From Candidatus Kerfeldbacteria bacterium (GTDB lineage: Bacteria; Patescibacteriota; Patescibacteriia; UBA10025; JAHIVO01): DNA of 64,000 bases. A model generated the notes under the pieces. The model was not told the DNA's origin and did no database searches. It saw nothing but the letters and a program-made list of their open reading frames with translations. A program made the position numbers and the translations under genes. Every line of letters starts with the position of its first letter. Position 1 is the first letter of the stretch. This document shows positions 57,938-64,000 of the stretch, in pieces. The stretch lies in assembly GCA_047946875.1 (NCBI GenBank), contig CP181398.1, positions 335,154 through 399,153 of the forward strand, in the 5' to 3' direction.

Positions 57938-58216
57938 CTATTAATTCGGTTCTCATCAAGTATTAATATTGATGTGGTCTAGGGAAGTTACCACTATAGC
58001 TTTTTTTGCTACAGAAGCAACCATCATAATCGCATTTTTTGTAATATCTAGTACTACATTAATCATGGATACATTCCTTTTTATCACCTTTTGGGGTAAT
58101 TTAGAAACATTTTTGACACCGACCTATTAATCTAGTCGTGGTATTATTATATTATAAAGAAATTATTTTATATTAAGCCAATTTTATGGTATATTATACT
58201 ATAATAATAGAAATAT

Positions 58217-59605
58217 ATGGAAAAAAAATATACCTTTAAAGACAAAAAAATAACTGTAATGGGGCTGGGTCTCCATGGTGGTGGTTTAGGTACTACCAAG
58301 TGGCTTGCTGAGCAGGGCGCTAATATTTTGGTTACTGATTTGAAAAGTAAAGCTGAGTTAAAAGAATCAATTGATAAGTTAAAGAAATATAAGATTAAAT
58401 ACGTTTTAGGCAAACATCGAGCAGAAGATTTTAAAAATGCTGATATGATTATAAAAAATCCTGGAGTGCCCAGAGAGTCACAGTTACTAAAAATTGCAAC
58501 TAATCATAAAATTCCAATTGAAACAGATCTTAGTTTATTTTTTTCAATATGTAATTCTCCAACAATCGGGATAACTGGTACAAAAGGTAAGTCGACAACT
58601 ACTTGGCTTATTTATAAATTTCTTAAAGCTGCAAAAAGTAATCCTGTAATCGCTGGAAATGTAAAAATTAGTCCATTAAGTATTTTAAATAAAATTAAAC
58701 CAAATACTCCTGTAGTATTGGAACTATCTTCATGGCAGTTAGAAGATATGCAACAGATTAAGAAAAGTCCAAATATTGCGATCATTACAAATTTAATGCC
58801 GGACCATCTGAATAGATATAAATCAATGTCGGAGTATGTAAAATCAAAAAAACTAATTCTTAAGTTTCAAACTTCTAAGGATATTGCAATATTAAATTAT
58901 GACAATGAATTGACTAGAGAATTTGGTAAGCAAGTTAAAGGTAGACGATTTTGGTTTTCTGGTAATAAAGAGGTGAATGAACAAAATTCGTGTTTTGTCA
59001 GAAAGGGTTGGATCATATTTAGACAGTATGGTGAAGAAAACATTATTTGCCCAATCAAAGATATAAAAGTACCTGGACAACATAATCTTGAAAATATTTT
59101 AGCTGCTATAGTAGTAGCTAAGGTAAGTTCAGTTAGTAATATTATTATTAGAAAAGTACTAAAAGATTTCAAAGGAGTACCAGATCGTTTGGAATTGATT
59201 CGTACTTGGAAAGGTATCAGATTTTATAATGACACTACGGCAACAGCACCTGATGCAGCTATTGCAGGGTTAAAAAGTTTTGACGAAAAAGTGATTTTAC
59301 TGGCTGGTGGTTATGATAAAAAATTAAAGTATGATAAATTCGCTGAAATGATTAAGCAAAAATCAAACTTCACGTATTTATTTAAAGGGGATGCTTCTGA
59401 TAAGTTGGTTAAAGAATTTAATAAAATAGGTTACAAAAATTGGCAAGTTATAAAAAATATGCCAGAGGGAGTAGGAAAAGCAATCAAAAAAATTGGAGAC
59501 GCAAAAATCATATTACTTTCACCAGGAGCAGCTAGTTTCGGTATGTTTGTAAATGAATTTGACCGTGGAGACAAATTTAAGGAGTTGGTAAAAAAACTAA
59601 AATAA
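58217..59605 (+). CDS. murD: UDP-N-acetylmuramoylalanine--D-glutamate ligase
   Basis: ITVMGLGLHGGGLGTTKWLAEQGANILVTD N-terminal Rossmann motif and GITGTKGKSTTT P-loop; 462 aa. Confidence 0.9.
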   Translation: MEKKYTFKDKKITVMGLGLHGGGLGTTKWLAEQGANILVTDLKSKAELKESIDKLKKYKIKYVLGKHRAEDFKNADMIIKNPGVPRESQLLKIATNHKIPIETDLSLFFSICNSPTIGITGTKGKSTTTWLIYKFLKAAKSNPVIAGNVKISPLSILNKIKPNTPVVLELSSWQLEDMQQIKKSPNIAIITNLMPDHLNRYKSMSEYVKSKKLILKFQTSKDIAILNYDNELTREFGKQVKGRRFWFSGNKEVNEQNSCFVRKGWIIFRQYGEENIICPIKDIKVPGQHNLENILAAIVVAKVSSVSNIIIRKVLKDFKGVPDRLELIRTWKGIRFYNDTTATAPDAAIAGLKSFDEKVILLAGGYDKKLKYDKFAEMIKQKSNFTYLFKGDASDKLVKEFNKIGYKNWQVIKNMPEGVGKAIKKIGDAKIILLSPGAASFGMFVNEFDRGDKFKELVKKLK

Positions 59606-59606
59606 A

Positions 59607-60710
59607 ATGGGACTAAAATTACATCAACCAGATTATAAAATGATGATAACTGTCGGGGTTATTGTAATTTTTGGTTTGGTTATGCTGGCCTCGGCAAGCT
59701 CCGTATCATCTTTTGAAACATTTGGTGATAGTAATTATTTATTAAAACATCAGCTTCTTTATGGGTTGTTAGTCGGGTTAATTGGTTTGATTGTAGTTTC
59801 TAAAATTGATTACCATGTTTGGGGTAAGTTATCTTTTGCTTTATTAGCTTTTAATATTTTATTACTACTTGCCGTTTTGATACCAGGTATCGGTTATGAG
59901 GTAAATGGAGCAAGACGTTGGATTGATTTAGGATTTGTATTTTTACAACCCACAGAGTTATTAAAACTTACTTTTATATTATATTTATCAACATTGTTTT
60001 CAAAAAATATTTCAGGAATCAAGGATGCTACATATGGTTTGATGCCGTTTTTGTTTATGTTGGGAGCGATAGTTTTTTTGATCATGCTACAGCCAGATAT
60101 GGGAACAATGATGACCATAGCAATAACTGCTATAGTTATATATTTCGTAGCGGGTGCGGCAATCAAACATTTGTCTTGGATATTTTTGGGTGCAAGTGGT
60201 ATATTTTTTCTACTTATTCAGTTAGCACCATACCGCGTACAAAGATTAACTGTATTTTTAAATCCAGCCTTGGATCCATTGGGGATAGGTTATCATATTA
60301 ACCAAGCTTTGTTGGCTATTGGGAGTGGTGGTTTTTTTGGTCTAGGTTTAGGTCATTCCCGACAAAAATTTTTGTATTTACCTGAGGTCACTGGTGATTC
60401 TATTTTTGCCATATTGTCAGAAGAACTTGGTTTTCTATTTGCTGTAATTTTGATAGGTTTATTCTTGTATTTGATGAAAAGAGGTCTAAAAATTTCTAAA
60501 AAAGCTCCAGATTTGCTTGGGAAGCTTATTGCTGTTGGTATTGTTTCTTGGATAGTTATTCAAGCTTTTATTAATATTGCTGCAATGGTAACTCTTGTTC
60601 CATTAACAGGAATACCCTTACCATTTATTAGTTATGGGAGTTCGGCATTGGCTACTACTTTGATTGCTATTGGTATATTGATTAATATATCAAAACAAAC
60701 AAAATCATAA
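59607..60710 (+). CDS. ftsW: SEDS-family peptidoglycan glycosyltransferase / lipid II flippase FtsW
   Basis: 367 aa with 10 TM segments; conserved RRWIDLGF...QPTELLK and PEVTGDSIFAILSEELGF motifs of FtsW/RodA. Positioned between murD and murG. Confidence 0.85.
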   Translation: MGLKLHQPDYKMMITVGVIVIFGLVMLASASSVSSFETFGDSNYLLKHQLLYGLLVGLIGLIVVSKIDYHVWGKLSFALLAFNILLLLAVLIPGIGYEVNGARRWIDLGFVFLQPTELLKLTFILYLSTLFSKNISGIKDATYGLMPFLFMLGAIVFLIMLQPDMGTMMTIAITAIVIYFVAGAAIKHLSWIFLGASGIFFLLIQLAPYRVQRLTVFLNPALDPLGIGYHINQALLAIGSGGFFGLGLGHSRQKFLYLPEVTGDSIFAILSEELGFLFAVILIGLFLYLMKRGLKISKKAPDLLGKLIAVGIVSWIVIQAFINIAAMVTLVPLTGIPLPFISYGSSALATTLIAIGILINISKQTKS

Positions 60711-60806
60711 TCATATTTATAAAATAAGACTTTGTTTAAATATTTTTCAGACTTTTACATTTGATCAAAATCAGCTATATTATAAGTACTGAAAGTTTTA
60801 AAATAT

Positions 60807-61874
60807 ATGAAAATATTATTTGCAGGGGGAGGAACAGCTGGGTCTGTATCGCCATTATTATCAATATATAACACAGTTAAAAAAATTAAACCGGAAACGG
60901 AATTTCTTTTTGTTAGAACGAAAAAAGGAGATCCAGAACTGAATTTACTACGTGGTTACAGTATGAAGATACAATCAATAAATTCAGGGAAATTTCGTAG
61001 ATATTTTTCTTTAAAAAATATTACAGATGTTTTTTTAACCTTCATTGGATTTATAGAATCACTATTCATAATAAAAGAATTTAAGCCAGATGTTATAGTT
61101 GGAGCTGGGGGATATATTTCTGTTCCAGTTATTTGGGCTGGTTGGGTGATGAGAAAAAAAATATTAATTCACCAACAGGATATTCGTCCATCTTTATCTA
61201 ATATATTAAGTATAAATTTAGCAAATACAATTACAGTAGCTTTTGAAAAATCTTTACGTGATTTTCCATCTACCAAAACAGTCTGGACTGGAAATCCATC
61301 TCGAAAAGAAATTCTGCATGGTAAAAAAGAACAGATAAAAAATTCTTTTGGTTTTAAAGATAATTTACCTGTTGTATTGATTGTGGGTGGTGGAACTGGC
61401 GCTGTTAGTTTGAATAATATTGTACAAAATTCTTTAGAGAAATTAGTTGAATTCTCTCAAGTTATATTGGTAACAGGAAAAGATAAAAGAATTACAGGTA
61501 TTGATAATCCAAGATTTAGACAGTATGAATTTTTAGTAGATGAAATGAAAGATGCTTTATCAAATTCAGTCGTAGTAGTTTCAAGAGCAGGTTTGTCTGC
61601 TATGACGGAATTTTCTGTTCTAGGAAAAGCAGTAATATTGGTTCCAATGCCAAAATCACATCAGGTAGAAAATGCTAATTATTTAGAAGAAAGAGATGCG
61701 GCGGTGGTTTTGGACCAAAGAAAATTATCTCCTAATAAATTAGTTGATAATATTCAAGAATTGTTGAATAATGATAATAAGAGAAGGATATTATCGGATA
61801 ATATAAAAAAGATAATGAAGAAGGATGCAAGCGAATCAATAACTAATGAGATTATTAAATTAGCAGAAAAATAA
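60807..61874 (+). CDS. murG: Undecaprenyldiphospho-muramoylpentapeptide beta-N-acetylglucosaminyltransferase
   Basis: MKILFAGGGTAGSVSPLLSI (G-loop) and a GT28 C-terminal domain. Confidence 0.9.
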   Translation: MKILFAGGGTAGSVSPLLSIYNTVKKIKPETEFLFVRTKKGDPELNLLRGYSMKIQSINSGKFRRYFSLKNITDVFLTFIGFIESLFIIKEFKPDVIVGAGGYISVPVIWAGWVMRKKILIHQQDIRPSLSNILSINLANTITVAFEKSLRDFPSTKTVWTGNPSRKEILHGKKEQIKNSFGFKDNLPVVLIVGGGTGAVSLNNIVQNSLEKLVEFSQVILVTGKDKRITGIDNPRFRQYEFLVDEMKDALSNSVVVVSRAGLSAMTEFSVLGKAVILVPMPKSHQVENANYLEERDAAVVLDQRKLSPNKLVDNIQELLNNDNKRRILSDNIKKIMKKDASESITNEIIKLAEK

Positions 61875-63242
61875 ATGAATTTTAGTGAAATTAAAAATAT
61901 ACATTTTATTGGCGTCGGCGGAATTGGTGTTTCAGCATTGGCTAGATTGATGATGGAGTTGGGAAAAAGCGTTAGTGGTTCTGATTTGTCAAATTCAATT
62001 ATTACAGATCAGTTAAAAGATATTGGCGTAAATGTAATAATTGGACCACACAAAGATAGTAATATTCAAATTAATACCCAGTTAGTTGTGTACACTAATG
62101 CAATAGTCAAAACTAACCCAGAATTAAAAAAGGCCCAGAAAATCAAAGCAATATTAATGAGTTATCCGGAATTGTTGGCTAGATTGATGGAGACGCATTT
62201 GTCGATAATAGTTAGTGGGACTCATGGTAAAAGTACAACAACTGCCATGTTAGCAAAAATATTTATCGAAGCAGGGTTAGATCCATCAGTAGTTGTAGGG
62301 ACTAATGTTAATGATTTTAATGGTAATGCAAGATTAGGCTTGGGAAGACATTTTATTGCTGAAGGTGATGAATTTCACGAGGCATTTCTAAATTATAATC
62401 CTATCAGTTTAATCCTAAATAATATTGAATCAGATCATCTTGATTATTATAAGACGGAAGAAAATATTATAAAAGCTTTTACAAAAGTTGTTAAGAAAGT
62501 TCCTAAAGGTGGAGTAATAGTTGCTAATGCAGAAGATAAAAATATTAAAAAGGTATTAAAATCAGCAAAAGCAAAAGTGCTAACATTCGGAATTAATGAT
62601 GGAGATTATCAAGTAACTCACATTGTACGACATGGTGAATTGGTTCGTTTTGCAGTTAAGGGTTTAGAAAGATTTGATTTGGCGATTAGAATGCCGGGTA
62701 TTCATAATGTTAGTAATGCACTAGCAGCTGCCGTTTTAGCATTATCTTTTGGAATAGAAATTGATATTATAAAAAAAGCTTTATTAAATTTTTCTGGAAT
62801 TTGGAGAAGGTTTGAGATAAAAGGTAAAAATAAAGGGGTTACTATTGTTGATGATTATGCTCATCACCCAACTGAGATTAGAGCTACCCTGAAAGCGGCT
62901 AAAAGTTTTTTTAAAGGTAAAAGGATTTGGTGTGTCTTCCAACCTCATAGTGGTAATCGTACTAATGCATTATTTAGTGATTTTACTAAGTCTTTTACTG
63001 ATTGTGATCAATTAATATTAACAGATATTTATAAAGTTGCAGGTCGAGAAAAAAAAGATCACGTAGACATGAAAAAGTTTGTACAGGATATTATAAATGT
63101 AAAACAAAAGAAAACTGTAATATATATAAAAAATTATAAAAGTATTAATACATATTTAAGAAAAAAAATTAAGTCAGGAGATGTAGTAATTACTATGGGT
63201 GCGGGAACTATTACAGAGGTAAGTGATAAATTATTAACATAA
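61875..63242 (+). CDS. murC: UDP-N-acetylmuramate--L-alanine ligase
   Basis: IHFIGVGGIGVSALARLMMELGKSVSGSDLS and GTHGKSTTTAM P-loop. Confidence 0.9.
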   Translation: MNFSEIKNIHFIGVGGIGVSALARLMMELGKSVSGSDLSNSIITDQLKDIGVNVIIGPHKDSNIQINTQLVVYTNAIVKTNPELKKAQKIKAILMSYPELLARLMETHLSIIVSGTHGKSTTTAMLAKIFIEAGLDPSVVVGTNVNDFNGNARLGLGRHFIAEGDEFHEAFLNYNPISLILNNIESDHLDYYKTEENIIKAFTKVVKKVPKGGVIVANAEDKNIKKVLKSAKAKVLTFGINDGDYQVTHIVRHGELVRFAVKGLERFDLAIRMPGIHNVSNALAAAVLALSFGIEIDIIKKALLNFSGIWRRFEIKGKNKGVTIVDDYAHHPTEIRATLKAAKSFFKGKRIWCVFQPHSGNRTNALFSDFTKSFTDCDQLILTDIYKVAGREKKDHVDMKKFVQDIINVKQKKTVIYIKNYKSINTYLRKKIKSGDVVITMGAGTITEVSDKLLT

Positions 63243-63249
63243 TAAAAAA

Positions 63250-63276
63250 GCTCAACTATTATAATAATAGTTGAGC
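63250..63276. terminator. Bidirectional terminator hairpin between murC (plus) and the BCCP-like gene (minus)
   Basis: Perfect 12-bp stem gctcaactatta / taatagttgagc with a 3-nt loop, an A-run upstream, and a T-containing tail downstream. Confidence 0.55.
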
Positions 63277-63755
63277 TAGATTTGTTCTACAAACATTATA
63301 GGTTGTCCAAATTCGACACGAGAGCCATCTTCCACAAGCATACCTGTAATCATTCCTGCAAATTCTGATTCGACTTCAATATCTAACCGCATGGCATTGA
63401 TTATACCTACTGTGTCACCAACTTTAATTATCTGACCAATAAATACAATTGGCTTTTTGTCTTTATCTTCTACTCCTTCTATGTAAGTAAGATGAAAAGT
63501 GCCAACCATATTTGAAGTTATTACGTAAAAAGGTTTCCTAGGGGGGATATAAACAGGTGGCTGATGAATAGGTACATCTGTATTGTAGTAAGATATTTCG
63601 TGAATTTTGGAGAATTTTGAAGTTATTTCTATCTCAGATATACTTGAATTTGAAACAATTTCTTTAATTGTATCAATAGAAGGCATTTTATAAGACCTTC
63701 CAATGAAATAAAAGCATATAGCTAGAATCACAATAACTACAGTAAATGTGAACAT
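63276..63755 (-). CDS. Membrane-anchored biotin-carboxyl-carrier-protein (AccB)-like protein with Lys-to-Arg substitution at the biotinylation site
   Basis: N-terminal TM helix, then MVGTFHLTYIEG...VGDTVGIINAMRLDIEVESEFAGMITGMLVEDGSRVEFGQPIMFVEQI. This aligns with AccB (SPMVGTFY...VGDTLCIVEAMKMMNQIEA...) but has AMR instead of AMK. Confidence 0.55.
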   Translation of the reverse strand: MFTFTVVIVILAICFYFIGRSYKMPSIDTIKEIVSNSSISEIEITSKFSKIHEISYYNTDVPIHQPPVYIPPRKPFYVITSNMVGTFHLTYIEGVEDKDKKPIVFIGQIIKVGDTVGIINAMRLDIEVESEFAGMITGMLVEDGSRVEFGQPIMFVEQI

Positions 63756-63825
63756 GATTCCTCCTATATATTAAAGGGCCTATTTCTATATTAACTTACT
63801 TTAAAATGTGATATTATGCAATAGT

Positions 63826-64000
63826 ATGATAGATAAGTATAAAAAATTAAAAGAAAAATTACCAAATCTAAAAAAAGGTGAAATATTAGCCCCATATACA
63901 AGCTTCAAAATTGGTGGACCTGCTAAGTATTTTTTTGTAGCTCATAATAATGAAGATGTATTAAATGCTATAAACATTGCGCGAAAACTAGAAGTTGCTT
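63826..64000 (+). CDS. murB: UDP-N-acetylenolpyruvoylglucosamine reductase, N-terminal fragment (3' end outside window)
   Basis: The ATG at 63826 opens a frame running to the window end: MIDKYKKLKEKLPNLKKGEILAPYTSFKIGGPAKYFFVAHNNEDVLNAINIARKLEVA, with the canonical MurB TSFKIGGPA motif. Confidence 0.7.
   Translation, partial: MIDKYKKLKEKLPNLKKGEILAPYTSFKIGGPAKYFFVAHNNEDVLNAINIARKLEVA

Noticed and set aside
57956-58066. 36-codon minus-strand ORF (MINVVLDITKNAIMMVASVAKKAIVVTSLDHINInT) with a plausible AAGGAA ribosome-binding site, in the 279-bp spacer between the NUDIX gene and murD.
   Set aside because: It is too short to evaluate and has no motif. The spacer more likely holds the murD promoter (a TGgTATATT extended -10-like element near 58185). 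It would need ribosome profiling or conservation to support.
1-64000. Alternative genetic code (code 25, UGA=Gly), considered because of the CPR-like, low-GC character.
   Set aside because: Long uninterrupted ORFs with canonical C-termini (e.g. murC, pyrG, ahcY) are obtained under the standard code, and there is no pattern of in-frame TGA inside conserved domains.
1-64000. CRISPR arrays, tRNA/rRNA genes, transposases/integrases, restriction-modification or other defence islands.
   Set aside because: No direct-repeat/spacer periodicity, no tRNA-like T-arm/anticodon structures in the few intergenic regions, and no recombinase or nuclease/methylase pairs were found. The only methyltransferase is FkbM-type, not a DNA MTase.

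Overview
The window is AT-rich (about 30% GC), densely coded DNA in the standard genetic code. Its gene content is a reduced-genome, CPR/Patescibacteria-like cell-envelope set, but that lineage call is inference only. No tRNA, rRNA, CRISPR array, transposase, integrase or restriction-modification gene was found; the window is all envelope biogenesis plus a few housekeeping genes.

Three blocks make up the window.

1. Glycan-assembly island, about 2.2-30 kb. Two convergent operons meet stop-to-stop within about 10 bp at 11.6 kb. The plus operon carries gtrA-like, a DPM1-like GT2, UXS-like, gmd, ugd-like, a second DPM1-like GT2, a DUF2304-like protein, two GT4 genes and a polytopic membrane protein. 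The minus operon carries wzm, wzt with a C-terminal glycan-binding domain, several GT4/GT2 genes, three SDR epimerases, a cupin plus RmlD-like reductase pair, a wecB-like epimerase, a DUF218/Nudix-like fusion and a ParB/Srx-like-FkbM-methyltransferase fusion. This is an ABC-transporter-dependent polysaccharide pathway fed by at least five nucleotide-sugar routes. Downstream sit a GT-C-like membrane protein, ahcY, a NUDIX gene and a complete rmlB-(LhgO-like oxidoreductase)-rmlD-rmlC-rmlA set.

2. Type IV pilus operon on the minus strand, about 45.4-56.0 kb. It is headed by a PMT/ArnT-like GT-C glycosyltransferase, followed by pilB, pilC, a prepilin-motif minor pilin with a lectin-like C-terminus, a PilX-like large protein, pilM, pilN, pilO, and then rpmA.

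3. Partial dcw/mur cluster. It runs mraY-NUDIX-murD-ftsW-murG-murC-(minus-strand membrane-anchored BCCP-like protein with the biotinyl-Lys replaced by Arg)-murB. Before it, murA, ctpA, acylphosphatase, rplI and pyrG are present.

The candidate novel biology is in four places. The first is the methyltransferase fusion, read as a possible WbdD-like chain terminator matched to the Wzt binding domain. The second is the DUF218 plus degenerate-Nudix fusion. The third is the polyprenyl-phosphate-sugar/GT-C glycosylation modules, including the one heading the pilus operon. The fourth is the non-biotinylatable membrane AccB-like protein inserted in the mur cluster.
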